Positions 11,755 to 23,899 are shown, numbered from the stretch's first letter. The stretch: 64,000 bases of DNA from Cyanophora paradoxa CCMP329 (GCA_004431415.1 QPMI01000472.1:124001-188000), one strand, 5' to 3'. Notes: generated from the letters alone by a model not told the origin. Numbers and translations are program-made.

Positions 11755-14700
11755 CGGGCTCGCTGCCCTTCGTCGAGGCCCCTTTCATCGCATTCTACGC
11801 CCGGGAGGTGAGCGGAGTTTGTGCAAAGCGTGAAGGGCTTTGCGAGTAACACGTCGGGCCCGCAGCCGGCGTTCATCGTCAAGGTGTACACAGAATGCCC
11901 TCCGGGAACTGTGAGCTCGCTTTTATCGGTCTGCTCCCGCGAACCGACCGATGTTGCAGAGCTTCAACGTCGCTTCCGCGAGCGGCAACGCCGCCGGGGA
12001 CGACTGCCTTCCGCTGCCCGCCGGCCTCTACTCGAACAGGACCGGCCTGATCAGCACGGGCGAGGCGACCGTCTGCGCCCCTGGCACCTTCACGACAGGC
12101 GGCGCGACCGCGCCCTCCATCTGCCCCGCGGGCACCTACTCCGACGCCGGCGCGTCGTCCTGCTACGGTCCGCGCCGCAATCGCACTCGTTTGCTGCTCC
12201 AGTCTTTGTCGCTGCTGATGCGAGGACGGTCGACATCAGACTGCCCGCAGAACACGTACTCGATCGCGCCGGGCACACCTTGCACCCCGTGCGCGTCGAA
12301 CGCGTTCACGCAGACGTCAAAGTGGACCTCGGAGTGCCTGACCTGCTCGTGCACGACTTTCCGTTCGTGCATGCAAGCGTCGCGCCTCACGAGATGCTTT
12401 CGCGTTCAGACCCGGCACGGTCTTGCCGTACGCGGGAGCGTCCGTCTGCATCCCGTGCCCGGCGTTCACCTACTCGGCGCGGGGAGCCGTCGGATCGTGT
12501 TTATCCTGTGCGCCGTCCTTCTGGTCGCGGCTGCGCTCGTTCCTCATCCTTGCGGCAGGCGATCCGGGCTTTGTTCCCACCTCTGACGCATCCACGTGCG
12601 AACCGTGGCACGTGACTCAAACAGGCTTGCAACAACGTGCAGACCATCTGACCGCTTCGCGCAGCCCCGCCGGAACTTTTCAGGCTGCGAATCGGACGGC
12701 CTGCCGAATCTGCCCCGCATTGCATTACTCCCGTGCTGGCGCTGCCGGCTCGTGCACGCCCTGCGCCGATGGTTCGCAAGTCGCCTCGCTGCCTTGTCTG
12801 CGCTGTGGAAAACTGACCGCAATTCAGGCTGGATTGCACTCGATGACCGGCAGTCCTGCATCGCTTGTGCTGCGGGATCATATCGTGCACAAAACATGAC
12901 GGACTGCGCAAGGTGCGATCAAAGACATTGGTGACGTTGTCAAAGCTTTTTTCGCGTTCCCTCTAAGCAGAGCCACCGTCGATAGATGTCCGTTGAACAC
13001 CATCGCGATCCAGCCCGGGCTGGCTGCGTGCCAGAGCTGCCCTCCAGGACAAGTGAGCGCGGCGGACCAGGGATCCTGCGTGCCCTGCGCCTCTGGTCCG
13101 CGGAATGCTGCTGGCCATGGCTCCAACGACGTCGACGCGCCGCCGCCCATATGCATCTCACCGCCTTCCGCGCTCTCAGGGACGTACCGCAACAGCAGCA
13201 TGCTGTACTGCAGCCCGGTGCCGTACGGAGCCGTCGCCAACGTCGGGAGCAGCGTGTACACGGTCCTCAGCTTTCCTCTTTCTGCAGTCGAGCCGCGCTG
13301 GTAGCTCATGCGGCGTTCGCCAGATGTGCAATCCCGGGGAGGTGCCGAACACGGTCCAGTCTGAGTGCAGGCCGTGCGGCAAGGGGAACTACGAGGAGAA
13401 TCTGCTCTGCAGGACCTGCTCCGGCACCTCGTACAATCCTGTGGAAGCCTCCCGCACTTGCCTGGAGTGGCGAGCAGTCTCCCTGCTCGACCCGGCGCGA
13501 TCGAGAAACTGATGTTTTCGCTTGCAGCGACGGCGGGTACTACGCGAGCGCAGACAGGCAGGGCTGCCTGCCGTACGCTTTTTATGATCCCGAGAGGCTT
13601 TTTCGCGCCTGACCTGTCTTGGCCGCGCAGATGCCTCGCCGGGCAGTTCTTGGACCCATCGGCGAGCATGACGCAATGCCAAGCCTGTCCCCATGGTGTG
13701 TCCACGTCCGCAGCTTTCGCACGCAGATACGGTCATGCGCTTTCGCCTCTGCAGGGACGTACAGCACAGCCGGCGCGGCCGCGTGCACGCCCTGCCAGCC
13801 TGGACGGCGAGAGCATTCTGACTGTTGCTCACGTTCGTTCCGCTGAAGTTCTCCAACAGGGTATCGAACGCGGACCGCACCGCCTGCGACCCGTGCGAGG
13901 CGGGCAAGTACGAGAGCGGCGGCGTCTGTCTGGACTGCCCGCTGAATGCCGTGACGCCGTCGGTCGGCGCCACGTCCTGCACCGAGTGCGGCGCAGGATT
14001 CGTCGCGTCTCTCGACAAGCAGAACTGCGACGTGTGCCCGCTCACTTAGCGCCGCGCTTCGTCCTCCGACGGTCCCTCCGCAGCCGTGCCCGCAGGGGAC
14101 GACGCGGCCAGCGAACGAGTCCAGCTGCCGACAGTGCCCCTTCCGGTCCGCCTGCCTGCAGTAGCCGCTTGGCTGCGCGCGGAGAGCTGACCCCTTCTCA
14201 GGTTCTACACTCCGGCGGCTGGCGCGTCCTCCTGCACGCCCTGGTGCGCCTCGCGGCTCGGCGTCTCGATTATTTCTGTCGACTGAGCTTTCTGAAGCCC
14301 GCGGGGTACCGAGAGCTCAGACAATCGTACGGAGTGCCGTCCCTGCACGGGGGTGCGCTTTCTACGGCCCCGCTGGATCCCAGTACCTAATTAATTCGCT
14401 GAACGACGCAGGGGTTCTTCGAGAAGGACGGCCGCTGCTTCCCCTGCCCCCTCGTGCGTCTAGATCTCGACTTTTCTTCATCGACTTCGCCAGCCACAGG
14501 AGATTGAATGCGCTCTTCTAGGGCTCGTTCAGCGACATGGGCGCCTTCAACGAATGCCCGAAGTGCCCTAAGGGCACGATCAGCAACGAGGACCGGACCG
14601 CCTGCGGGTTCTGCCCTCCGGGGCTGTACGCGAACGGCACCTTCTGCGTCCCGGTGCGCTGCCTCGTGCATCTGCGAGGTCGACGCCCTTCCTATTGCTA

Positions 14701-15870
14701 ACGCGCGAAACAGTGCCCGGCGGGCACGATCTCCCTTCTTGGCGACCTGGCCTGCACGAGATGCAAGCCGGTAGCTGGGCGTCTCGAGCTCGCATATATA
14801 TTTGCAGGCGCACGTCGCGACCTACGTCGACGCCATTGCAGGGGACGGTCTCGAGCGACGACCGGACCGAGTGCAATCCATGTCCAGCGGGGACGTTCCA
14901 CGGGGAAGGGACGAACATCTGCTTCCCTTGCAAGCAGGTGCTGCTTTTCGCGTGCCATCAGTCCTTTGCGCGGCTCTGACCGGAGTCCGCAGGGCGAGTT
15001 CGCTTCGGCGCGGACCTTTGGGGCCTGCTCCCGGTGCGACCTCGGGTCGTACAGCGCTCCCGATGGGTTCGGACCCTCCCTTTCGACCGTTTGCTCTTCG
15101 AATTCGGGGCGCCCTTACTTTCGCCTCAGCACGCGCTGTGTCCCTTGCGACGCCGGCTCGTTCATGCCGGTCGGCTCGATAGTCTGCGAGAAGGCCCGCG
15201 ATTCGGCTTCGAATTCGTTCTGTGGTTGTGGGAAGCTTACGACCCGCGTCGCGCAGTGCCCGGCCAACACGTACACGGACCTGCCGGGGCGCGGGGGCTC
15301 CTGCGACGAGTGCGAAGGGGGGTACATCGCTTCGACCGAGCGCCGCAGCTGCGTCCCGTGCCGCCCGGTGCCTTCTTTCGTCGCGGAGCGGCGTTCTTCT
15401 CTCTGAGATGGAAGGCGCGCAGGGCCAGTATCGGAACGGGTCCATGCCGATCTGCCTGGACTGTCCCCCTGGGGCCTTCAGCTCGGACTTTGGCCCCCCT
15501 TACTGCGGCTACTGGTGCGCGAGACCTTCGCCGCGCTCTTTCATCCGACTGAAGGATCGCTCAGCCCGCCCGGAGAGGTACCGCGGGAGGACCAGGTCGA
15601 GTGCACGCGTGAGCGCGCGCGAGAGGCGCTTCGCCGCGCCGCCTCACCGTCCCGCAGCGTGCCCGGCCGGCTCGGTCCCCGACACCGCGACCTTCGAGTG
15701 CAGCCCGTGCGAAACAAACGCGATCGCTCCCTCGGCGGGGCTCTCCGAGTGCCAGGTCAGACCATGCTTTTCTTCGAGGGCTGAATTCGAAGCTAACGAG
15801 CGTCCTGCAGCTCTGCCCGCCGGGCAACAAGGCGGACGCGGCGCGGCGCGTCTGTGTGCCGTGCCCATCG
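11755..15870 (+). pseudogene. Host multi-exon gene, middle: tandem Cys-rich GCC2/GCC3 (ephrin-receptor-like) repeats; allele probably inactivated by insertions
   Basis: Repeated CPAGTYS, CAPGTFT, CPPGQVS, CPANTYT, CEAGKYE motifs in short exons separated by roughly 55-75-nt introns with CTGAC-like branch points and CAG acceptors. Confidence 0.85.
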
Positions 15871-16134
15871 GTGCCCAATTCAATGAATTCGCACACACCG
15901 AGACAATACGGCTAATGATAGAACTGAGGTGTCCGTAAAGTGTCAAGTCGAAAGATGAGCCTACTGGTTACGCCGGGTAGGGAACCTAACAGCCATCGGA
16001 CAGGGTGGAGCTAGTCAAGGAGACGTAAACTAAAGCAAAGCTAACCCAGAGCAGAGAGCTACTACCTATACATCTAGCCTAGCTTAGGACTAGGCTACAG
16101 AGAGGACTACCCAGGGGTCTACGAGTGCTGCCTG

Positions 16135-18618
16135 CTAGTGCTGCCTGCCTAGGGACCGTCGGGACGTCCGGAGCTCGCGGGCTGTTCTACTGTACGGTAG
16201 GAAAGCCAGGACGGACCCGCGGTCTAATCTGCCTACTCTCGACGCGGCCGCGACTACAGTTAGCGCGGCGGGCTCCGCGTCGAGGGGGCCGCTCGCCCGA
16301 AGCGCGGGTGGAAGCACGTCGGCGTAGAGGGGCCGAGGGGAATGAGGCGAGGGGGGACGTTGCGGGGAAGAAGTGGGGCGGGACGGAGAAGGTCGGCGCC
16401 GGCCGTGGCGGGGAGGGGGAGGGTCGGATTTCTCGGTCAGCAGGGCTTCCAGCCTCGAACCAGCCGCCGCACCCCCGCCGCGGGCAATTGCGAGCCCCCC
16501 TCCGCGGCGGTCCTTCAACCCACGGTCCTGGCACGATGGCCGGGGTATCTGGTGGGTGCAACGACCAGCCGAAGCCTTCCGCCAAGCCTTCCGGTCCATC
16601 GTTCCCTCCCTGTCGAGGCGCGAGGAGCGTTGGCGAGGTCGTGAGTGGGAGGCAGGGCCAAGAGAGCGAGCAGGAGGGCAGAACGGGAGAGGGAGGCAAG
16701 GCAGGCGCTCGCTTGGGCGGGGCCCAGCGAGTCGGACGGGGCGGCTATATCTAGTGTGTGCGAGGCTAAGAGTAGAGCAGGGAAGTTTCTCGAGGACTAG
16801 GTATGGTGAAGTAGTAGGTAGGTGGTGTCGAGAGTCTCCTCCCGACGTAGCCCCCCCCCCCCCCCCCCCCCCCCTTTCGCGCGACTCGGGGTACCGTTTA
16901 GAGCGGGCTAGGATGTGGCTCCCAAGGGCGTACCTTGACGCAATCGTAGAGCTCTTGGGCGCGGAGCGCCGCCTTCCAGCCCGCGTACTCCGGTGGGCAG
17001 TCTGCGTTCCGAGCGGCGTTGAGTAGATTGTGAAGGCGAATCGGCCCGTCGCAGGCGGCGCAGACTTCCTTACAGGTCCGGGGCCGCGGGCCCGCTCTCG
17101 GGCGCGGGCGCCCGTGCGGGGCGGGCGCGGTCGCTTCTTTGAGGCCTGGGAGACGCGGCAGTCGCGTTCCCACTCCGCGTTGATTTCGCAGCGACGTGAC
17201 CAGAGGCGTCGGGCCCGCTCCAGAAGCGTCTGCCGAACGCGTTTAGCTGCGCGTGCCGCGTACCGGGGTGCAAGGTTCAGGCAGCGTGCGAGGGCGCTTT
17301 CTAGACTCTGCGGAGCAAGGCCCTGGAGCACCCAGAGGCGCGGGTACGCGTACGGCCTACCATCGTAGCTGCGCGCCTCGGCGTCGTCGTCCGCGACGCG
17401 GAGGAAGATTGGGACCAGGTCGGGGGCAAGGAGGGCTCCTGCTGGCGGCGCTGTGAGTCCGTGGGCCTCTCTGTATGCGCAGAGCAGAAGTCGGTTCAGT
17501 TCGCGAGCAGTCTCCGCGCGGTGCGCGACCGCATGCGGACCCGGGCACAGGAAGACGTGCGGGAAAGTTTCAGTCGGGCCTGCGGTAAGAGCCGTCGGTG
17601 CCCGGTTCGGGCGGCTGGGGCCCGCTGCTGGTTGGGCATGCGAGGCCTCTGGTGCAGTCTGGCTGTTCTGTGAGGCTGTCGGGCCGCTAGTCTCTGCACG
17701 AGGGAAAGGCGTTCTGGTGGCGCAGCCCGCACAGCGTCCCCCAGGGTTGCAGGCGGCGTAGAGTTCCTTCTGGTCACGTACCCGGACTTCGTTCGCTGGT
17801 AGCGAGCTACAGAGCAGCTGCGTCCGAAACTTGAATAGCGCGTTGCGGGCTCCATTGGCGCCTTGGAATCGGGAGCCTACGCTCGTTTCCGCATATAGCC
17901 CTGCTATGTCTGCGCCGTCGGCGCCTCGGCGCAGGAGCGCGCCAGCCAGCGGTTGTTGGGTCCAGGCAAAGTGCGTCTGGTGCTCGTGAAGTGCGTCCAT
18001 GTGTGCCTTGGGGTCCCCTTCCACCCGTCGTGTGCGCCCGTCGGGGTCGCTGATGGTGAGCACCGCAGGCATGCTGAAGGCCGGCGGCAGAAAGAGAGGT
18101 TCATGCCGGTTTTCGTCCGCCAGATCCAGGTCGGCCGCCACGTTCGCTCCGGCGTCCGCGATGTCGTTGTGGGGGTCGCGGGCGTCGCCCTTCGCGTGCG
18201 CTTTGACTTTGACGAGTTTGAGCGGCCGCCCGCGCTCCTCTAGCATTGTCCTGAGCTTGCTCCATGCGTACAGTTCCGCGGAGCAGGCGTGCCGGATGTA
18301 TTCCCGCGGGCTGCGGCAGCTCGCGTGCTGGACGAAATCGGAGTACCAGCGGATCGCGTTCATGTTGTCGACGTGTAGAACCGCTCCGAAAGGCGAGAGC
18401 AGGTCAGCCATGAGCACCGCCTGGAGTTCCGCCTTGTTGATCTCCTGCAGGCCCCGGAGCCGGGCAAAGAAGTCCGTGAGGATACCCGGCGGGTGCAGGC
18501 TTGCGCCAGTTCTGAGGTCCGTTTCCGGCCAGTGTACTGCGTAGCCCGCGCGAGCGTTAACCGTCTGGCCCTCTTTCAGGCTCCCGTCCGTCCAGGCGTA
18601 CGCTGGGGCGTCGGCCAC
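16135..18618 (-). CDS. LINE RNase H plus C-terminal Zn-finger-like region; distal part may be non-coding
   Basis: WTDGS, INKAELQAV, LHVDN, KVKAH, HNDIAD catalytic pattern; CAGC...ETFPHVFLC. Confidence 0.88.
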   Translation of the reverse strand: MADAPAYAWTDGSLKEGQTVNARAGYAVHWPETDLRTGASLHPPGILTDFFARLRGLQEINKAELQAVLMADLLSPFGAVLHVDNMNAIRWYSDFVQHASCRSPREYIRHACSAELYAWSKLRTMLEERGRPLKLVKVKAHAKGDARDPHNDIADAGANVAADLDLADENRHEPLFLPPAFSMPAVLTISDPDGRTRRVEGDPKAHMDALHEHQTHFAWTQQPLAGALLRRGADGADIAGLYAETSVGSRFQGANGARNALFKFRTQLLCSSLPANEVRVRDQKELYAACNPGGRCAGCATRTPFPRAETSGPTASQNSQTAPEASHAQPAAGPSRPNRAPTALTAGPTETFPHVFLCPGPHAVAHRAETARELNRLLLCAYREAHGLTAPPAGALLAPDLVPIFLRVADDDAEARSYDGRPYAYPRLWVLQGLAPQSLESALARCLNLAPRYAARAAKRVRQTLLERARRLWSRRCEINAEWERDCRVSQASKKRPRPPRTGARARERARGPGPVRKSAPPATGRFAFTIYSTPLGTQTAHRSTRAGRRRSAPKSSTIASRYALGSHILARSKRYPESRERGGGGGGGATSGGDSRHHLPTTSPYLVLEKLPCSTLSLAHTRYSRPVRLAGPRPSERLPCLPLPFCPPARSLGPASHSRPRQRSSRLDREGTMDRKAWRKASAGRCTHQIPRPSCQDRGLKDRRGGGLAIARGGGAAAGSRLEALLTEKSDPPPPRHGRRRPSPSRPTSSPQRPPSPHSPRPLYADVLPPALRASGPLDAEPAALTVVAAASRVGRLDRGSVLAFLPYSRTARELRTSRRSLGRQH

Positions 18619-20369
18619 GTATGAGCCGCCGGACGCCGCCTCGGCCTCCAGGTGCTCTTTGCGGTAGCGGGCTTCGAGGCCCTTCCAGGTCTCCAGGTAT
18701 GCAACCCAACTGTACGGATCGGCCTGATAGTAATATAGCTCGCGCGCCTCCTTGTTGGAGCTGACCGGGGGCGCTTCATCTTGCGGCAGGGGGGCAAGTC
18801 GGGCGGGTTCGCCTCGAGCGTGGCGAGGTGAGCGGCGTCGGGCTCGGAGAGGAGGTGCCAGTTGACCCTCTCATCGCCCTCCTGCTTTGCCTGCAGCAGC
18901 ATCCGCCATCGGTGCGCAGTGATGGTCGCGGCCGCCTGCCTGAAGGGCTTGAAGTATTCAAGACGGGCTTGGCGCAGGACCTGGCGACTGGCGCGCCCCG
19001 AGCGCGTCTGTACCTGCCCCTCGCATTCTTCCACGGGGGCGCCCGACACTTCTACTAGCTCCACCGTGCCGGGGATCGTGCAGAGTGCGGACGCGTGCTC
19101 TACCCATCCTCCCACCGCCGTCCCGTACTTGCCCTCGTCATCGCAGGTGCTCGTCGCCCGGCAGGCCGCGCCGGCGCCTTGAGGGCAGACGTGGTTGTCG
19201 TGCCAGTGGCGGCGGCCCTCTCCCGGTACGATATTAAAGCGGCGCTCAGCTGGGGCGGGCGGCCCTTCGCGGGGTCCGAGCTGACAGTGGCCATCGCAGC
19301 GGCAGTAGGCTCCGTTGGCCTCGTCGTCGGCCTCTTCTGGGACGGGGACCCAGTGCTCCAGCCGGCACTCCGTCGCTACTAGGCTGCCGGCCTCGGCCTC
19401 AGCGGAGCGGACCCGGCCGATTTCCGGTACCGCATCCGTCTCGTGAATCGTTGCGAGGTCGTAGTAGCAGACGAAGTCTCCCGGTTGGTGAATTAACTTC
19501 CTTGCCCCGCCCGGAAGCTGTACCATGGCCGAGGAAGGGGTACCGGGCGGTTGCCGCATGGGGTATCGGAGGGCGCCCGAACCGCGCCCGTCGATCGTGA
19601 GGGCCTTGGCCACCGCCTTCCACCAGGCGGGCGCTGCCCAAGGGAGCGTGCCGCGGGGGGCGCGGAGGTGCAGGTCTCGCCAGGTGCAGAGGCGTTCCCC
19701 ATCGCGCGCCGTGACGTCGGACATCCAGTAGAGCCGTGCGCGGTGGAGGGCGGGCGCAGCCGTGCTGAACACTTCCCGGGGAATGTGTGAGGTAAGCACG
19801 AATTCCCGGCGCAGTTCCGCGGGGTCGGGCCAAGTGGCTGCGGGGGGGTACGGCGTGAACAAGAAGCGGGCGTGGTTGGACTGGATCCGGTAGAGCCGGC
19901 GCTGCAGGAGCGGCATCACTGCGGCGATCGCATTCGATCGAGCAAGCTGGCGTGACACTGGGGCGTTCAGGAACTCGGTCGGCAGCAGCGGGACGCCTAG
20001 CTTGCGCTGGAGGTCCCGGATGCGGTGCATCATCACCTGAGATAGCAGCTCTTCCGGCTCGCCACAGAGGCGGACGAGCAGATCCGTGATTTGGTTCTTG
20101 GCCATCATGTGCGCTGTGCGCGGCAGGCTGTACGTGCCGTGGCTCCAGAGCGCGTAGTTGGAAGTCGATGCCGCCAGGCCCCCATGGTGCTTAACCACGC
20201 GCATCCAGATGGCATCTAGGCGATCGCACTGCCTCTCTGTGAGCGGCGTCACTTTGAGCCCGTAGGCGATCCGCGCCTGCACGACGGCCTCGACAACGTA
20301 GCAGGCCTCTTGCGCGGTCAGCTGCTTACGAGCTATGACCGCCACCGTCTCGCGAGCCTGCGTTTCCAT
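18576..20369 (-). CDS. LINE post-RT connection region with Cys/His clusters
   Basis: Between RT and RNase H on the same strand; EHW...CRCDGHC segment. Confidence 0.7.
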   Translation of the reverse strand: METQARETVAVIARKQLTAQEACYVVEAVVQARIAYGLKVTPLTERQCDRLDAIWMRVVKHHGGLAASTSNYALWSHGTYSLPRTAHMMAKNQITDLLVRLCGEPEELLSQVMMHRIRDLQRKLGVPLLPTEFLNAPVSRQLARSNAIAAVMPLLQRRLYRIQSNHARFLFTPYPPAATWPDPAELRREFVLTSHIPREVFSTAAPALHRARLYWMSDVTARDGERLCTWRDLHLRAPRGTLPWAAPAWWKAVAKALTIDGRGSGALRYPMRQPPGTPSSAMVQLPGGARKLIHQPGDFVCYYDLATIHETDAVPEIGRVRSAEAEAGSLVATECRLEHWVPVPEEADDEANGAYCRCDGHCQLGPREGPPAPAERRFNIVPGEGRRHWHDNHVCPQGAGAACRATSTCDDEGKYGTAVGGWVEHASALCTIPGTVELVEVSGAPVEECEGQVQTRSGRASRQVLRQARLEYFKPFRQAAATITAHRWRMLLQAKQEGDERVNWHLLSEPDAAHLATLEANPPDLPPCRKMKRPRSAPTRRRASYITIRPIRTVGLHTWRPGRASKPATAKSTWRPRRRPAAHTWPTPQRTPGRTGA

Positions 20370-21660
20370 CTGTCTGATCTGCTCCTTCCACGACAGGTTC
20401 GCGGTCAGGTAGACGCCGAGCAGCTTGAAATGCTCGCCCGGTTTCAGCTTCTTGCCGACCGGGACGCGGGGATTGCCGAGCAGCGGGGTTCAGGCTCGGG
20501 TGAGACGTTGTTGTACGCAAACTCTGTTTTCCGCGCGTTGACGGCGATGTCGTGCAGGCGGAAGAATTCAGACGCCACGTCCGCGAGCATCTGGATCCCT
20601 TCGGCCGATCCGCTCATCCACTGCGTGTCGTCCGCGTAGGCGCTCCCGGTCACCCGTGCGGGGGCGAAGTCCGCGTCGTCTTCGCCCATGCCCATGACGT
20701 ACGCGACCCCCGCGCCCCCTTTTCCTGCTCGAGCCTGTCCAATTCTTGTTGAGCGCAGAGCAAGGCATCGTAGAAGATGAGCCAGTGGAGCGGGGATTCG
20801 ATGCCGCCCTGCGGGAGCCCACATTCGAGTTCAAACACGTCTGACAGTCCGTGGCCCGTGATAGCTCGCGCCCGGCGTCGTTCGAATATGTTGCGGTGCA
20901 GGTCGATGTACGTCTCGGGGGCCCCGATGCGTCGGAGGGAGAGCTCCATGCTGGCCCAGGAAACTGAATCGTACGCCCGTCTGATATCCTGTAGCAAGAG
21001 GTAGATGGGCTTGCGGTGCTCCTTAGCGTCCTCTAGAATAGCGACCATTAGGTGAAGGGCATCATCGGTCGCCTTAGCCTTCCTGAAGCCATAATTTACC
21101 CCCTTAAGGATTCCGTGCTTCTCGATGGCCTCGGCTAGCCGTTTCGTGACGAGGCCCGTCGTTAGCTTGAGGCCAACTTCCTGCAGCGTGATCGGGCGGA
21201 GGTTCCCTTCAATGTCTCCGTCCCAGCTCCCGTTCTTGGGGATCCCGAAGATATTGCTCTCACACATCTCGGCGGGCAGGTCGCGCAGGCGGAGGGCCTC
21301 GCAGACGATGGCCATCAGGAGCCGACGACCGCGGGGGGGGTACGCCTCTGGATCCATGGCGTCCGGCAGGTCGGGGTTCCAGAGCGTCTTCAGGATCGCG
21401 TTCGTGCAGTTGGAGGGCCCTCCCGCTCCATCCGTGAGCGAGCGCACGTGTGCCCCTAGCTCTTCGTACGTAGGCTCAGCCATGACTCCGCGAAGGCTTC
21501 CGCGGTCGCCACGTGCGTCCCGAGGGGCGGTAGAGCGCGCGCCAGAAGTCGGGGGCAGGAAGGCTAGCTGGGAGTCGGGTATTAAGTCCGCTGTGCACCC
21601 TACCAGGGGGTTTCTCTTCGCACACCACTGACGCCAGTGCTCCGCCATCACTGCCTTCAC
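20310..21660 (-). CDS. LINE reverse transcriptase, split over several frames
   Basis: LRPITLQE, YGFRK, QDIRRAYDSV, GLPQGGIESP in 20650..21660; AYADDT in 20444..20824. Confidence 0.93.
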
Positions 21661-23899
21661 CTCCTCGGGGCCGTGTAAATTTCATAGAAGTTGCCTTCGC
21701 GCGCGAGGCGGGTGACGTGCATGATCGGCTCCCCCTGGACCGCTCCAGAATGGAGTCTAGATAGCTGCGCAGCTTGCGCGGGTCTGCAAACCGGGCCTGG
21801 CGCGCAGTAACGAATTCCTGGATCTGTCGCTGCTTCTCTGCGCGCGTCTCGTGTTGGTGGCGCCGGCGGACGCGGTTGCGCCATGCGTTCAGCGACCGGA
21901 AGTACAGCCGCCACGCTACGTAGCGCCCCGGGAACGGCGCCTCGTCGTCAGCGTCGCGTACGGGGCGGCGGGGCATGGGTTCGGGTCCGGGGACGAGCCC
22001 TTTGATGAGAGCCTCCAGTTTCTCGATCCGGGCGACCAGCGGGGCCGACGGCAAGCCTCCGGGCGCTTCAACAGTCCATCCAGCGATCAGGCGCTCCACT
22101 TTCTTGGACATGACCAGCTGCCACGGCACCGCTCTGCGAGTGGGCGGGCGCGATCCGCGGGCTTTCAAGCATTTGTGTTCCTTAGCGAGTGTCAGCACCG
22201 CCTCCGTGGCCTGTCGGTAGAGAGAGCTGACCCGGTCCCTGCGCTCTTGTTCCGTGCCCGCCGCGCCTAGCGCTTTCTCAAGATCGCTTTCCAGGGCTTG
22301 CAGACGGTCTTCTACAGCCTTTCGGAAGGCCGGCAGCTTCTCCTTCTCAAGTAGGTGCGGTGCGAAGAGCGGCGGCGGGTGCGCCGGGCGGGCATCGCCC
22401 GCGGGCGGTCTGGCGAGTTCGGCTTTGAGCAGATCGTAGTCGGCCATGACCGGGAAGTGGTCAGAGGGGTGCGGTAGCGCCACCTCTGGCGGCAGCGGGT
22501 GCACCGCCAGGAGCGCTGGCGCGAGACCTGCAGAGTGCAACACCGCATCGATACGTCCTGCCGAGATGACCGCGGCGCCTTCGGCGACGGCGGGCCCGTC
22601 CATTTGCTGGTCCTGTTCCGAGTCCGAGTCGTCGGCGCCGTCGTCCCCGCCATCCTCTTCGGCGCCGTGCTGGCTCGGGCCGCGCCTGATGAAGGTAACT
22701 TCGTGTTCGTGGCCTTTCTGTGTCGCCGCGTCAACTAGTGCCCAGGTGCCGGTCAGTTTTCCCCACCACTCGCGTTCCGGCGTCCAGGACTGGACGAACC
22801 GTCCCGCGCGGATGCGGGACGTGGCCGGCGTCTTCACGGAGTTCCAGTCGCCGAGAAGGATGAGGTGCGCGGTCGAGCGCGATCGGAAGTCCGCGTAGAT
22901 GCGCTCGATGCATTCGAGGAGCGCCGCCTGATCGGTCTTGTGCTCAGGCTTCCGCTGGGTGGCCGGCATGTATACGCTCACTACGAAGAGCTGGCGGTTT
23001 CCCTTAAAGCGCATTTCACAGCCGGCAAGCCGGCCCGGGTAGTGATAGTGGCGCGCGATGTGCCGCGCCCAGGGCGCCGCCACCCATAGCGCCGCTCCGT
23101 TTCCTTTCGGTTTTGTTTTCTTAATTGAGTGGATTAGGCGACCCCGCGTGATCGAGCTCTTGGGGGGCTCGCCGGGCTCCGCTGCCGGGGTGAAGAGCGC
23201 CGAGTGCAGTTCGGCGCGCGTGACTGAGAGCTCTTGGAGAGCCATCACGTCGACCCCCCATTTCACGGCGAAGTCTTCGGCCTGCTGAAGCCGGCCCTCG
23301 GACGTGCCCCGCACGTTAAAGGTCATCATCCTGAGATTCCCCTCCGGCTTGTGGCGCATGAGCGATGGGGGCGGGCCTATGAGGGGGCTCCCTGAGGCGT
23401 AATGGGTGGTTGGGAAAAGGTCGCCAAACGAGATATGCCCCGGAGCGTTAGTGTTGACGTCTACAGCGGCAGACACGTTAGGGGGTCGGACAGCGTCTAG
23501 GGTTGGAGGATGTCTGTGCTCGGCGGGACGCGCGCAGCGGTCCGACTGATCAGCTAGTTGGTCACATCTGGCTGCCCAGAGATGCGCGTGCACGTGGTTC
23601 CAGGCGTGCGTGTGCCTAGCCGCCCCGGACCCGTCGCCTGTGCGCCGCATCGTCCAAGTCTCAAAAGTCTGCGGTCGGGAAGCCGTCAAATTACAGCTGA
23701 CACGTACAGTAGCGGCCTCGCAGGAAAGGGGCGCTAAATGCGCGTCTGGGCGGGAAATGGGCGATGCGGCTTGCCCAGCCTCAGCGACTTGGCGCTTGGG
23801 GAGGAGGAGGAGGCGGGTCTGAGAGCGGGTCGGTAGAGAGCGGGTCGGCAGCGGGTGTATGGCGAGGCGTGGCCAGGGAGGCCAGACGTAGCTCGGCAA
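21476..23899 (-). CDS. LINE apurinic endonuclease domain, frameshifted into RT; true start uncertain
   Basis: MTFNVRG, VMALQEL, SVYMP, LLGDWNS, GRIDAVL, PSDHFPV motifs. Confidence 0.92.
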   Translation of the reverse strand: MPSYVWPPWPRLAIHPLPTRSLPTRSQTRLLLLPKRQVAEAGQAASPISRPDAHLAPLSCEAATVRVSCNLTASRPQTFETWTMRRTGDGSGAARHTHAWNHVHAHLWAARCDQLADQSDRCARPAEHRHPPTLDAVRPPNVSAAVDVNTNAPGHISFGDLFPTTHYASGSPLIGPPPSLMRHKPEGNLRMMTFNVRGTSEGRLQQAEDFAVKWGVDVMALQELSVTRAELHSALFTPAAEPGEPPKSSITRGRLIHSIKKTKPKGNGAALWVAAPWARHIARHYHYPGRLAGCEMRFKGNRQLFVVSVYMPATQRKPEHKTDQAALLECIERIYADFRSRSTAHLILLGDWNSVKTPATSRIRAGRFVQSWTPEREWWGKLTGTWALVDAATQKGHEHEVTFIRRGPSQHGAEEDGGDDGADDSDSEQDQQMDGPAVAEGAAVISAGRIDAVLHSAGLAPALLAVHPLPPEVALPHPSDHFPVMADYDLLKAELARPPAGDARPAHPPPLFAPHLLEKEKLPAFRKAVEDRLQALESDLEKALGAAGTEQERRDRVSSLYRQATEAVLTLAKEHKCLKARGSRPPTRRAVPWQLVMSKKVERLIAGWTVEAPGGLPSAPLVARIEKLEALIKGLVPGPEPMPRRPVRDADDEAPFPGRYVAWRLYFRSLNAWRNRVRRRHQHETRAEKQRQIQEFVTARQARFADPRKLRSYLDSILERSRGSRSCTSPASRAKATSMKFTRPRGGEGSDGGALASVVCEEKPPGRVHSGLNTRLPASLPAPDFWRALYRPSGRTWRPRKPSRSHG

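Noticed and set aside
16851-16874. Poly-C tract as LINE tail
   Set aside because: About 1 kb inside the TSD-defined 3' end.
20310-21660. RT plus variable fibres as a diversity-generating retroelement
   Set aside because: The RT belongs to a TSD-bounded LINE with APE and RNase H; no template/variable repeat pair differing at adenines was seen.
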